In this document: piece after piece, positions 39,435 through 49,296 of the stretch
Position numbering within the stretch: position 1 is the first letter of the stretch
Layout of the letters: the number at the start of each line of letters is the position of its first letter
Assembly: GCA_943787225.1 (NCBI GenBank)
Contig: CALSLP010000003.1
Location: 447,643 to 511,642 of the forward strand
Direction: 5' to 3'
Length of the DNA: 64,000 bases
Source of the DNA: an uncultured Alphaproteobacteria bacterium
Lineage (GTDB): Bacteria > Pseudomonadota > Alphaproteobacteria > MPNO01 > UBA2964
Position numbers and translations under genes: made by a program
Notes under the pieces: generated by a model
Database searches by the model: none
Told to the model about the DNA's origin: nothing
What the model saw: only the letters and a program-made list of their open reading frames with translations

Positions 39435-40636
39435 ATGACCCGCACCAATTATCTGATTCTGGTGATCCTGCTCGGCATTCTGCAAGCGATGCCGCCGTTC
39501 TCCATCGACACCTCTCTGGCAGCAATCCCGGCGATGGCGGCGACCTGATCACAGATGCCGGCAGCATCCAGCTCACGCTCTCCGCCTATGTCTTTGGTGC
39601 GGCTGCCGGACAGCTTGTTTTATCACCTTTGTCCGACCGTTATGGCCGCAAGGCGATGATGCTGGGCGGGCTCACGCTCTATATTGCGGCGCGATCGGCT
39701 GCGTTACGCCAATAGCGTCGAGATGCTGGCGGCGATGCGCTTTATTCAAGGCTCCTCGACCTTTGCCGGGCGCATCCTGCCCCGCGCCATGGCCCGCGAT
39801 CTCTATGACCGTGAAGAAGCCGCAAAGCTTCTTTCCTTACATGGCCGTGTTTAGTGGCATGGCACCAATCGTTGCGCCCTTCATTGGCGCCACTTTGCTT
39901 GATGCTTATGGCTGGCGGTCCATCTTTCGTCTTTATGGTTGGCTACGGCTTTGTGACATTGATTCTGGTCGCGCTGTTTCTCAAAGAGACCTGCCGCCGG
40001 AACGCGCGTATGCTCGGTCCCTGCCATCATGGCCGCCAATTTTCTGACCGTCGTGCGCAACCGCGCCTTCCTCAGCTACGGCGCCTGTATCTTCTGCACG
40101 ATGGGCGGGTTGATGTGTTTCCTGACCAGCTCCTCCAGTGTCTTCATTCTTTTCCTAAAGCAAACCCCGCAGGAATATGCCTTATGCCTTTGGCGGCATC
40201 ATGATCGCCTATTCGCTATTCAGCTTTATCGCCGGAAGGCTTGTCAGCAGGATTGGCATAGACGGGCTCATTCATGCCGGTGGCATCATTGGCTGTGTGT
40301 CTGGCATCGCAATGTGGGGCAGCGCCATCGCCGGATATAATACTGTTGGGCACTGATCATTCCCGATGTTCGGCTATATCGCCGCCCTGTCCTTCATCTT
40401 GCCGCAAGCAACCGCTGGAGCTTTGTCCCCATTCGGTGATATGGCGAGGCTCGGCCATGTCCAATCTCGGATTTATTCAAACATGCATCGCCGCCACCAT
40501 TGCTGGCATATCGGGCCTTCTCTTTGACGGCACGCAGATGCCGATGGTGACCATCATTGCGGTGATGGGTATCGGCTCATTGGCCTCATATTACGGTTTG
40601 GTCAGACCCCTTAAAAATCCTGCATCAGAGCCCTGA
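39435..40636 (+). pseudogene. Bcr/CflA-type MFS drug-efflux transporter, many frameshifts
   Basis: Family-like segments (MTRTNYLILVILLGILQAMPPFSIDTSLAAIPAMAA; GSIQLTLSAYVFGAAAGQLVLSPLSDRYGRK; MRFIQG; YMAVFSGMAPIVAPFIGA...) are scattered over all three frames. At least 7 frame changes occur in 1.2 kb. Confidence 0.7.
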
Positions 40637-40714
40637 CAGTTGGTTTCACGAGTCGGGGTTTTCTGTTACACCGCCCTATAATTATTCAGCCACACAAAAC
40701 AGCAGGTAGAGCCA

Positions 40715-42014
40715 ATGATTCCCCGCTATAGCCGCCCCGATATGGCAAACATTTGGGAGCCGGAAAACAAATTCCGGATCTGGTTTGAAATCGAAGCCCA
40801 TGCCTGCGATGCGCAGGCTGACCTTGGGTGTCATTCCCAAGGACGCGGCAAAGGCCGTTTGGGACCGCGGCAAGTGGGAAATCGACCGCATCGACGAGAT
40901 CGAACGCGAGACCAAGCATGACGTCATCGCGTTTCTGACCAATCTCGCGGAACATGTTGGTGACGAGGCACGGTTTGTCCATCAGGGTATGACGTCCTCA
41001 GACGTGCTCGACACCTGCCTCGCCGTGCAGATGAGCCAAGCCGCCGATATTCTGATTGCCGATGTCGAGGCGCTGCTCGCCGCGCTCAAGAAACGCGCAC
41101 TGGAACACAAAAACACGATCTGCATTGGCCGCAGCCATGCCATCCACGCCGAGCCCACAACCTTTGGCGTCAAGCTGGCGGGCCATTACGCCGAGTTCGC
41201 CCGTAACCTCGACCGGCTGAAAGATGCCCGCGCCGAAATCGCAACCGTCGCCATCTCCGGTGCTGTCGGCACCTTCGCCAATATCGACCCCGCCGTCGAA
41301 GAACATGTCGGCAAAAAGATGGGGCTCACCCCAGAACCTGTTTCAACTCAGGTCATCCCGCGTGACCGCCACGCAATGTTCTTTGCGATACTCGGCGTCG
41401 TTGCCAGTTCATTGGAACGGCTTGCGGTCGAAATCCGCCATCTGCAACGCACCGAACTGCGCGAAGTGGAGGAATTTTTCTCGCCCGGCCAAAAAGGCTC
41501 TTCGGCAATGCCGCATAAGCGTAACCCGGTATTGACCGAAAACATTACCGGGCTCACGCGCATTGTCCGTTCCGCTGTAACCCCGGCAATGGAAAACGTC
41601 GCCCTTTGGCATGAACGCGACATCTCGCATTCCTCCGTTGAACGGATGATCGGTCCTGATGCGACGATAACCCTCGATTTCGCCCTCGCCCGCATGACCG
41701 GCGTCATCGAAAAACTGATGATCTACCCCGATATGATGCAGCGGAATCTCGATCAGCTTGGCGGTCTTGTCTTCTCGCAACGCGTCCTGCTCGGACTTAC
41801 ACAGGCCGGGATGAGCCGCGAAGGTGCCTATAGCGCGGTACAGCGCAATGCCATGAAGGTCTGGGAAGAAGACGCAGATTTCCTCACGGAGCTACAAAAC
41901 GATGCCGAAGTTACGGCATTGACGAGTAAAGAGGATCTCGCGGCTTTGTTTGACATCAGCTATCACACCAAAAACGTCGATGTGATTTTGAACCGGGTGT
42001 TTGACGAAGGCTGA
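40715..42014 (+). pseudogene. purB: Adenylosuccinate lyase with a single frameshift at codon ~37 (probably a sequence error)
   Basis: MIPRYSRPDMANIWEPENKFRIWFEIEAHACDAQADLG (ORF 40715) continues as VIPKDAAKAVW... in the frame of ORF 40785. Deleting one G of the GGG run at 40826-40828 restores the reading frame. Confidence 0.85.
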
Positions 42015-42016
42015 TT

Positions 42017-43450
42017 GTGGCCAACGCGCCACCCGTCGAGGCAAGACGCGACATTGCCGCCGAAGCGGTTATCGAACGCTATGGCGAACTCTCAGGCGAC
42101 AAGGCCGCATTCGCCGCAATGCTGGCGACACCCCTGCCAATATGTCTGTGGGCCAACCGGCTGCGGATAACCGCCGATGAGTTGGCTGACCGATTGAGAT
42201 CGGAAGGCTTTGAATTTGAGCCGGTCGCGTGGAACAAGGATGCGTTTCGCCTGCCCGCCAATGCGCGGCCGGGACAAAGCTGGCTTTATAAAACGGGTCT
42301 TTGCCATATTCAGGAAGAGGCGGCTCTCCTGCCGGTGAAACTGCTCGACCCACGGCCTGGCGAGCATATCCTCGATCTATGCGCCGCCCCCGGCAACAAG
42401 ACGGCTCAGATTGCCATCGCCCTCAATAATCGTGGCACTGTCATCGCCAATGACAGTCAGGCCGGGCGGCTCGCCCCGCTGCATGCGGCCATAGCGCGAC
42501 TTGGATTAGTCAACATCACCACAACCGCGATGGATGGCGTCTCTTTCCCACGCGACAGCGGCCCTTTCGACCGCGTCCTCGCAGATGTACCGTGTTCTGG
42601 CGAAGGGACAATCCGCAAGGGACCTAGAATGCATCAGCCGGTCGCTGACAAATTTCGCGATTGGTTACGCGGCAAGCAACGAGCCTTGCTGCGCCAGGCG
42701 ATTGATCTTTGCCGTCCCGGTGGACGTGTTGTTTATTCGACCTGCACTTTCGCACCCGAAGAAAATGAGGCGATTATCGATGCCATTCTGTCTGAGCGTA
42801 GCGATATCCAATTGATATCAGCTACGGAAGATATGGCCGGAACCTCACCCGGCATCACCGAATGGCAGGGCAAGAGTTTCTCAAAGGCCCTGACAAAAAC
42901 ACTGCGAGTCTGGCCGCATAAATCGGGTACTGGAGGGTTCTTCGCCGCCATATTGGAAAAAGCGGGCGATCCACAAATAGCTTCTGCTGCTCCGACGCCG
43001 GACCTCGACCCAGCGGCACGAGCGGTCATGGATAACTTCGTCGACCATTTTGGGTTTCCACAAACCATATTCGACGGTTTAGGAACCGTCCGCGCCGGGC
43101 GACGTCTAAAACTTATTTCCGATGACCACCGAACTCCTGACCTGCCGGAGATTCAGGCATCGGGTCTCACCCTCACCAATGACACCGCCAAGGTACCGAA
43201 GCTCTCCACCGAAGCCGCAATGGCCTTTGGTGGCTTTGCAACCCGTAACGTCATCGACCTCACCCCGGTCGAACGCACAGCTTACATGGCGCAGCAAACT
43301 ATCGCCCCCTCATCCGATCAGATCACTAATTGTGGCGAAAAAGGCTATGTCATCACCCGGGCGGACGGCATCGCGCTCGGTGTCGGCATGTTGCGCCGCG
43401 ATGGCGACGCCGCGTCACTGGAAAGTCAGTTTCCCAAAAACTGGACGTAA
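42017..43450 (+). CDS. RsmB/NOP2-family SAM-dependent RNA (cytosine-C5) methyltransferase
   Basis: DLCAAPGNKT SAM motif, DVPCSGEG and YSTCT catalytic-cysteine motifs. GTG start directly after purB. Confidence 0.8.
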   Translation: MANAPPVEARRDIAAEAVIERYGELSGDKAAFAAMLATPLPICLWANRLRITADELADRLRSEGFEFEPVAWNKDAFRLPANARPGQSWLYKTGLCHIQEEAALLPVKLLDPRPGEHILDLCAAPGNKTAQIAIALNNRGTVIANDSQAGRLAPLHAAIARLGLVNITTTAMDGVSFPRDSGPFDRVLADVPCSGEGTIRKGPRMHQPVADKFRDWLRGKQRALLRQAIDLCRPGGRVVYSTCTFAPEENEAIIDAILSERSDIQLISATEDMAGTSPGITEWQGKSFSKALTKTLRVWPHKSGTGGFFAAILEKAGDPQIASAAPTPDLDPAARAVMDNFVDHFGFPQTIFDGLGTVRAGRRLKLISDDHRTPDLPEIQASGLTLTNDTAKVPKLSTEAAMAFGGFATRNVIDLTPVERTAYMAQQTIAPSSDQITNCGEKGYVITRADGIALGVGMLRRDGDAASLESQFPKNWT

Positions 43451-43513
43451 TCCCTTCCCACAAGCCCATCAGCCGCTAGACTTGTCAAAACGACATAACA
43501 GCAGGTGGGCATC

Positions 43514-45067
43514 ATGGACGGATCAGCAGGCGCTCCAAAATTTGATGAAACTTTCGACGTCATCGTCATCGGCTATGGCTTTGCTGGAGCGTTGGCAGCG
43601 ATTACGGCTGCCGATAATGGCGCGTCGGTTCTTCTGGCGGAAAAGGCCGAACACCCCGGTGGCATCTCAATCTGTTCCGGTGGCGCGATGCGCGGCGCAC
43701 GCGATGCTGAGAAGGCCTATGCCTACCTCAAGGAAACCAATGGCGGCCGGACGCCCGACGATGTCACCCGTGTCCTTGCCGACGGCATGGCGCAGATTGA
43801 GGCTGATGTCATCGAACTGGCCAAAACCAGCAATGCGACTGTCGAGAGCACCGACAAGGCCGCGAACTATCCCTTCACCGGTACCGAGACATTTTACCAC
43901 ACCAATGTCACCTCTGTGCCCGGCCATGACACGCAGAATGAGACCTATCCGCATATCATGGCGCGGCCCTCGGCCAATGGTTGGCGGGTGTTCCGGGTGC
44001 TCGAAGACAATATTGATCAACGCAATGTCGAAGTCCGTTATCAATTCGGCGCAACGCGGCTGATCGCCGGCACGAACCGCGAAGTCCTCGGCGCAACCTT
44101 TGAGAAAGCCGACGGCACAACCACCAACATCAAAGCACGCTATGGCGTCATCCTGTGTAGCGGCGGGTTCGAAGCCAATGAGGAAATGAAGGCTCAGTTC
44201 TGGGAAAAGGCGCCCGTCCTGACCGCCACCTCGACGATGAATACCGGCGACGGTATCCGCATGGCACAGGATCTCGGAGCTGACCTCTGGCATATGTGGC
44301 ATTATCACGGTTGCTATGGCTTCAAACATCCCGACCCTGACTACCCGGTTGCCATCCGCACCAAACGCCTGCCTGACTGGTTCCCCGGCGAAGAGGACAA
44401 AGCAGATGTGCCGATGTGCTGGGTGCTCGTCGATCAGAACGGCAAGCGCTACATGAATGAATGCACACCCTATACGCAAGACACCTCGCACCGACCGATG
44501 GAATTCTTCGACACGGTGACGCAAAGCTTTCCGCGGATTCCCTCTCATTTCATCTATGACGAGAATGGCCGAGAGATGTATCAGATCGGCGCGCCGACCT
44601 ATAACCAGCCCGGGCTTGGTTTCTCCTGGAGTGAAGACAATCTCAAGGAAGTCGAAATGGGGATCGTCCAAAAGGCCGATACTCTGGAAGAGCTCGCAGA
44701 GATAACCGGCACCGAGCTTGAAACCCTGAAAGAAACCCTCGATCAATGGAATGCCAGATTTGATGCCGGTAAGGACAGTGACTTTGGCCGCCCGCCGGGG
44801 ACCATGGTACGGATCGACACGCCGCCTTACTACGTTGGCGAGGTATGGCCAGTTGTCTCAAACACCCAGGGCGGCCCGGTCCACAACGTTAAACAGCAGG
44901 TGATGAACGTCTATAACGAAGCAATTCCTCGCCTCTATGCAGCAGGCGAATGCGGCAGCGCGTTCGGGTTCTTATACTTGTCTGGCGCCAATTTGTCGGA
45001 ATGTTTGATTACCGGCAAGATCGCCGGGCGCGAGGTCGCAGCACTTGACCCTTGGAGCAATGAATAA
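43514..45067 (+). CDS. FAD-dependent oxidoreductase (fumarate reductase/KstD-like flavoprotein)
   Basis: DVIVIGYGFAGA dinucleotide motif at the N-terminus and AAGECGS near the C-terminus. The ATG at 43514 follows an AGGTGG ribosome-binding site. Confidence 0.8.
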   Translation: MDGSAGAPKFDETFDVIVIGYGFAGALAAITAADNGASVLLAEKAEHPGGISICSGGAMRGARDAEKAYAYLKETNGGRTPDDVTRVLADGMAQIEADVIELAKTSNATVESTDKAANYPFTGTETFYHTNVTSVPGHDTQNETYPHIMARPSANGWRVFRVLEDNIDQRNVEVRYQFGATRLIAGTNREVLGATFEKADGTTTNIKARYGVILCSGGFEANEEMKAQFWEKAPVLTATSTMNTGDGIRMAQDLGADLWHMWHYHGCYGFKHPDPDYPVAIRTKRLPDWFPGEEDKADVPMCWVLVDQNGKRYMNECTPYTQDTSHRPMEFFDTVTQSFPRIPSHFIYDENGREMYQIGAPTYNQPGLGFSWSEDNLKEVEMGIVQKADTLEELAEITGTELETLKETLDQWNARFDAGKDSDFGRPPGTMVRIDTPPYYVGEVWPVVSNTQGGPVHNVKQQVMNVYNEAIPRLYAAGECGSAFGFLYLSGANLSECLITGKIAGREVAALDPWSNE

Positions 45068-45111
45068 CACCTCAGACTTGAGGCGGCGTTACGCTGCTAG
45101 GGATTACAAAA

Positions 45112-45381
45112 ATGAAAGCACTCCCCCAAAACCTCGTCGCCTATAAGCGAACACCAAACTTCACGGAAGAGACAGTTCCTGCTAGTCTGCTCAAGGATCA
45201 CACGACTGCAGTAGGCACTTGGGGCCTTATTCAGGTCGAAAACGGTACGTTGGAATACATCATTGGCGATGACGAGGCTCACACATTGTCGCCGGGAACC
45301 AATGGCGTGGTGGAACCCACAGTCGTGCATCACGTTCGTGCCGTTGGGCCAGTTTCGTTTTTCGTCGAATTTTACAGATGA
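45112..45381 (+). CDS. DUF1971 (TehB C-terminal-like) domain protein
   Basis: 89 aa. YKRTPNFTEETVPASLLKDHTT..GTWG.I.V..G.L matches the DUF1971 pattern as I recall it. Confidence 0.7.
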   Translation: MKALPQNLVAYKRTPNFTEETVPASLLKDHTTAVGTWGLIQVENGTLEYIIGDDEAHTLSPGTNGVVEPTVVHHVRAVGPVSFFVEFYR

Positions 45382-45731
45382 AGTCCTAATTCGGCCTGCT
45401 TTTTCTTTGTCAGCCCGCGCACGACTATCTTGTGTGATTGGGTCAGGTAATCTTTTAGATCAACATCAGATAGGCCGGGCTTCTCGTAATGCTGAATCCA
45501 TTTCATCCCGCGGGAAGCGAGATAGGGTGCTGGACGTAAACCCGGATGACCCTGAAGAAATTCATAGGCGATTTCAGAGACTTTAAAAGTGAAAGCCGGC
45601 TCTTCCTGCCGCCAGCCACCGATGGCAAATACCTTGCCACCAACTTTCCATACATCTGAACCGCCCCACTGCACGACATGCGTTGTGGCGGGTAACCCAC
45701 GACAAAAATCGTTAAACTCTTCGTCGGTCAT
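45372..45731 (-). CDS. MmcQ/YjbR family DNA-binding protein
   Basis: 119 aa. WGGSDVWKVGGKVFA and the overall pattern are typical of the YjbR family. It overlaps the convergent DUF1971 gene by 10 bp. Confidence 0.75.
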   Translation of the reverse strand: MTDEEFNDFCRGLPATTHVVQWGGSDVWKVGGKVFAIGGWRQEEPAFTFKVSEIAYEFLQGHPGLRPAPYLASRGMKWIQHYEKPGLSDVDLKDYLTQSHKIVVRGLTKKKQAELGLHL

Positions 45732-45751
45732 TGAGTTTTCACACTGCGTTA

Positions 45752-46834
45752 TCAGGCCAGCGTTCGTCGCCGTAAAGACCGTAATCCGAAAAGCCCAAAA
45801 GAAAACAGGACGATTGTGTCTGGCACGGGAATAACAGTGGCGTTTGATTCCTGATTGAAAAACCAGTTGCTGCCCGAATTGAAAAAGATCGCCGTACTGG
45901 AAACGGCAATATGATCTGGGCTCAGGAAAGTGCCCCCCGACTGCGAGACCGCAAAACCTGTCTGAGCATTATCAAAATCAATGACGATATCGGCACCCGT
46001 CGTCAGCCCCAGAAAGTTCAAAACCACGGTGTAATCGTCCGACGTGCCGGCAATTTCATCGAGCCCGCTTTCCGCATAAAGAATACCGGCGACATCGTCG
46101 GCCGTGAGGGATCGTTGAGTCTCTCCGAAGAACGTCCCTTGCTGCATGACCGCCTCGGTATTGCTCAAGCCGAGTGCCGCGGCGACAGCCCGGTCTGCAT
46201 TGGCCGAAAAATTATCGCCTCCCGGCAGGTCCGCCAAATTCCGGCTATAGGTCGTTGGGTCGACAACCCCCAACCCGCTGCCGGGGATATTGACCGGATT
46301 ATTGTCGGCTTTGCGGAAGTAATTGAGATTGACGTCATCACCGCGAACATCGTCGGCGGAGCCAATAATGCCATCAACACCGGCATTGATATTAAAGACA
46401 TTATCGACGCCATTCGTCGCCTTCGTGTAATTGCGATTGCTCCCGCTCAGCCCGGACTCCGTCGCCGCATTAACATGGGCAAGTCCCAGCGAGTGCCCCA
46501 TCTCGTGTAACAAGGTCGATTCATAATCGACCTGCGCGCCACTTATACCTGAGCTGTTGAGATTGCCGGTCGTCGGAGTCAGCCCATTCCACGTATTGAC
46601 GACATTCTGGGTCGGAATGACCATCTGCGCCGCGAAGCTACTCGTTGGATCGATACCAACGGAAATGGAAACCGTGCCGCCAGTCCCATTATAGCCCAGC
46701 GCATGGGTCACAACATCGATGCCGTTGGATTCTCCAGCAAAAATATAAGCAAAGGAATGCGCGTCGCGGGCACCGCCTACCGCGACGATCCAGGTTAGCG
46801 TCATTGCAAAAAGAGAAGAGACAAACGGTTTCAT
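45752..46834 (-). CDS. Secreted zinc metalloprotease (HExxHxxGxxH, matrixin/metzincin-like) with a PEP-CTERM-like C-terminal anchor
   Basis: HEMGHSLGLAH zinc motif, signal peptide MKPFVSSLFAMTLTWIVAVGGARDAHS, and a C-terminal VPVPDT + hydrophobic helix + RSLRRRTLA. The alternative start is 46858. Confidence 0.7.
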   Translation of the reverse strand: MKPFVSSLFAMTLTWIVAVGGARDAHSFAYIFAGESNGIDVVTHALGYNGTGGTVSISVGIDPTSSFAAQMVIPTQNVVNTWNGLTPTTGNLNSSGISGAQVDYESTLLHEMGHSLGLAHVNAATESGLSGSNRNYTKATNGVDNVFNINAGVDGIIGSADDVRGDDVNLNYFRKADNNPVNIPGSGLGVVDPTTYSRNLADLPGGDNFSANADRAVAAALGLSNTEAVMQQGTFFGETQRSLTADDVAGILYAESGLDEIAGTSDDYTVVLNFLGLTTGADIVIDFDNAQTGFAVSQSGGTFLSPDHIAVSSTAIFFNSGSNWFFNQESNATVIPVPDTIVLFSFGLFGLRSLRRRTLA

Positions 46835-46979
46835 ACTTTCACGTATCTCTGTCGCCAAAAGTGAGATCCCAATCCGCGTGTCGTACGACTATACACGGTT
46901 GAATGATGAAAAATGAGTCGAAATTGCCTCAGCGCCTGCCCTTAAAATTATTCGTGAGGTCCCCCTGCACGTGTCCCAT

Positions 46980-47741
46980 TTAATCAGAAACGACCACTCT
47001 AAATGTGTATGGTGAGTCATCCCCGCCCGCGACAATTAAATTCTCACCAGCTCGGAGTTCGGCAATATCGCACGGCGCATAATGACCGATATAGGTTTCG
47101 TTGACTTTTGTGCCTAAATGGCTGTTTAGATCACGAACAACCATTTGGTTATCCAGACGTTCAATCGCAAAGTGGGCGCGGGACAATCTATAGGGAACAA
47201 AATCATTAAGGCACAGATCAGCCCCGCCAACAGGCCCATGCTCCTGAAAAGACGGTGTGCGGCCCACAACAAACGGGACATGGCTAATTTCTTGTCCTGT
47301 TATCGGCAAAAAAGACGCCACCGCCTCTGAACCGGGCAAGATACTAACGGTTACCCTCTCTTCGTTATCCCCAGAGAACCGTTTACTCTGTTCGCCGCCT
47401 GCTACTGCCGCATAAGCATTATCCAATGAGTGTAATCGGCGGCTCAGGCGCTTTAGAAGTTCAAATGCCAGGACACTGTCCCGGCTCACCCGTTCAAGAA
47501 ATGAGTGTCTTTCTATTAGCTCGACGGTTAACGAGCCAAGTGCCCGCACAGAGGCACTGTGACTACGACCCTCAATTGCCGCCATTTCGCCGAAATACTC
47601 ACCAGCCTTAAGACGTCCAATCGTGACGAGTCCGTCGCCATGCCCTTTGACGACCTCCGCCTCTCCCAAAAGAATATAACCGACGAAGGTGCTCTGATCT
47701 CCTTCAGAAAAGACCAGATGACCCTCAGCATATGTATTCAC
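46980..47741 (-). CDS. Cyclic-nucleotide-binding domain / FHA domain fusion protein
   Basis: N-terminal cNMP-binding beta-barrel (FGEMAAIEGRSHSASVRA) and a C-terminal FHA-like module (FVVGR ... SRAHFAIE ... VRDLNSHLGTKVN). GTG start 5 nt after AGGAGAGG. Confidence 0.7.
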   Translation of the reverse strand: MNTYAEGHLVFSEGDQSTFVGYILLGEAEVVKGHGDGLVTIGRLKAGEYFGEMAAIEGRSHSASVRALGSLTVELIERHSFLERVSRDSVLAFELLKRLSRRLHSLDNAYAAVAGGEQSKRFSGDNEERVTVSILPGSEAVASFLPITGQEISHVPFVVGRTPSFQEHGPVGGADLCLNDFVPYRLSRAHFAIERLDNQMVVRDLNSHLGTKVNETYIGHYAPCDIAELRAGENLIVAGGDDSPYTFRVVVSD

Positions 47742-47779
47742 AGCACCTCTCCTGGGTTTGGCGAAGAGATATCTTCTCG

Positions 47780-48106
47780 CTAGGTCTCACTTTCGATCTG
47801 CTCGCGAGCGGTATCGCCAAGGATATCCATCTGTTTGCGTAAAGCGGCTTCATCGGTCGATGCGCCCTTTTCATTCAGATCACCAAGCACTTTTCGGACA
47901 ACATCTGCATCACCGGCTTCTTCAAAATCCGATGCGACAACGTCTTTGGCATAGGCGTCGGCAGCATCACCGCTAATGCCCATGATCTCGGCAGCCCAAA
48001 GGCCCAACAACTTATTGCGGCGGGCGGTAATCTTGAACAGCATTTCCTGATCGTGCTGGTACTTTGCTTCATACCCTTTTTCGCGATCTCTTAAACCATC
48101 AGCCAT
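47780..48106 (-). CDS. DUF1476 protein (alphaproteobacterial F1-ATPase inhibitor zeta-subunit family)
   Basis: 108 aa. REKGYEAKYQHDQEMLFKITARRNKLLGLWAAE is the conserved core of the family. GAGGAG ribosome-binding site. Confidence 0.8.
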   Translation of the reverse strand: MADGLRDREKGYEAKYQHDQEMLFKITARRNKLLGLWAAEIMGISGDAADAYAKDVVASDFEEAGDADVVRKVLGDLNEKGASTDEAALRKQMDILGDTAREQIESET

Positions 48107-48206
48107 CGTCTTTTCTCCTCGCAAGGCGCATATTCGCGCATGTTTAATCCTAGCCTTAATGTAAGCGGTTGCGTCCCGCGTGCAACCCGGTCATAACGCA
48201 AATCTG

Positions 48207-48962
48207 ATGTGTACTGTTGTCTTTCTGCGCCGCCCAGATCACCGCTGGCCGCTTATTCTTGGCGCCAACCGGGATGAAATGATGGACCGCCCCTGGCGGG
48301 TGCCCGGTCGCCATTGGCCCGACCGTGACAATGTCGTCGCCGGCATAGACGAGCTGGCCGGTGGTTCCTGGCTTGGCATTAATGATGAAGGCGTCGTTGC
48401 AGGCATTCTCAACCGCAAAAATTCGCTTGGGCCGGACGACAACCTCCGCAGCCGGGGGGAGCTGGTCCTCGAAGCGCTAGATCACACCGATGCGGTCTAT
48501 GCCGTCGAGGCCATTGCCGATCTCAACCCGGCAAGCTATCGCAGTTTCAATCTGTTTATCGCCGATAACCGCGATGCCTGGTGGCTGCGCAGTATCGGCC
48601 CTGAGGCAGAGAAGGTCGAAATATTTGAAATTCCCGAAGGTATCTCAATGTTAACCGCCTGGGATTTAAATGCCGAGGATTCAGTCCGCACGTCTTTTCA
48701 CCTGCCCCGCTTCACCGAAGCCGTTCAGCCCGACCCCGACAATCAGGAATGGCAACGCTGGGAAGAGTTGATGGGGTCAACCGATCACGCGCCCAATTCT
48801 GTCTCCGGAGAGGCCATGCTTATCCAAACCGACCGAGGATTCGGCACCCTCTCAACCAGTCTGATCGCGCTTGAATCACCAGAGATTTATAACGCCCGGA
48901 AAATATGGCGTTTTCTCGATCGTTCCGACGAAACCGCAGCCTATTTTTCTGTCGAAATTTAG
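48207..48962 (+). CDS. NRDE (TANGO2-like) family protein
   Basis: Starts MCTVVF and contains the GANRDE motif. Confidence 0.8.
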   Translation: MCTVVFLRRPDHRWPLILGANRDEMMDRPWRVPGRHWPDRDNVVAGIDELAGGSWLGINDEGVVAGILNRKNSLGPDDNLRSRGELVLEALDHTDAVYAVEAIADLNPASYRSFNLFIADNRDAWWLRSIGPEAEKVEIFEIPEGISMLTAWDLNAEDSVRTSFHLPRFTEAVQPDPDNQEWQRWEELMGSTDHAPNSVSGEAMLIQTDRGFGTLSTSLIALESPEIYNARKIWRFLDRSDETAAYFSVEI

Positions 48963-49053
48963 ATCAAGGCTTACAGCCAGAGCATTGTTGGGAATCTGCA
49001 AACTTGCTATAGCTTGCGGGCATAATGCAGCTCTCACTTAATAGGGATTTACC

Positions 49054-49296
49054 GTGAAAATACGCGTTCATGTCACGCTCAAGAACGGCGTGCTCGATCC
49101 TCAGGGCAAAGCCATTTCCAATGCACTCGGTTCCCTTGGCTTCACTGGGGTCAACGATGTCCGGCAGGGCAAGTTTATTGAACTTGATATTGCCGAAAAC
49201 GATCCTGAAAAAGCCCGGGTTGCTGCCGATGAGATGTGCCGCAAATTGCTGGCCAATACAGTCATCGAGGACTACCAGATAGAATTAGACGCATGA
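49054..49296 (+). CDS. purS: Phosphoribosylformylglycinamidine synthase subunit PurS
   Basis: 80 aa. [12 protein letters not shown] motif. Its stop overlaps the purQ start. Confidence 0.9.
   Translation: MKIRVHVTLKNGVLDPQGKAISNALGSLGFTGVNDVRQGKFIELDIAENDPEKARVAADEMCRKLLANTVIEDYQIELDA

Noticed and set aside
20126-40828. Treating all frameshifted genes as real pseudogenes, i.e. evidence of genome reduction.
   Set aside because: The resolved lesions are single-base changes at homopolymers. They cluster regionally across gene boundaries, and one hits purB. Sequencing error is the simpler explanation until independent reads confirm the indels. These genes are still typed as pseudogene because that is what the sequence shows.
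43122-44746. Long ORFs 43122-44063 (+, 313 aa) and 43667-44746 (-, 359 aa) that overlap the rsmB-like and FAD-oxidoreductase genes.
   Set aside because: Both lie in alternative or antisense frames of genes with clear family motifs. Their translations are Arg/Pro/Ser/Gly-rich and low in complexity, as expected for off-frame reading of GC-rich coding DNA.
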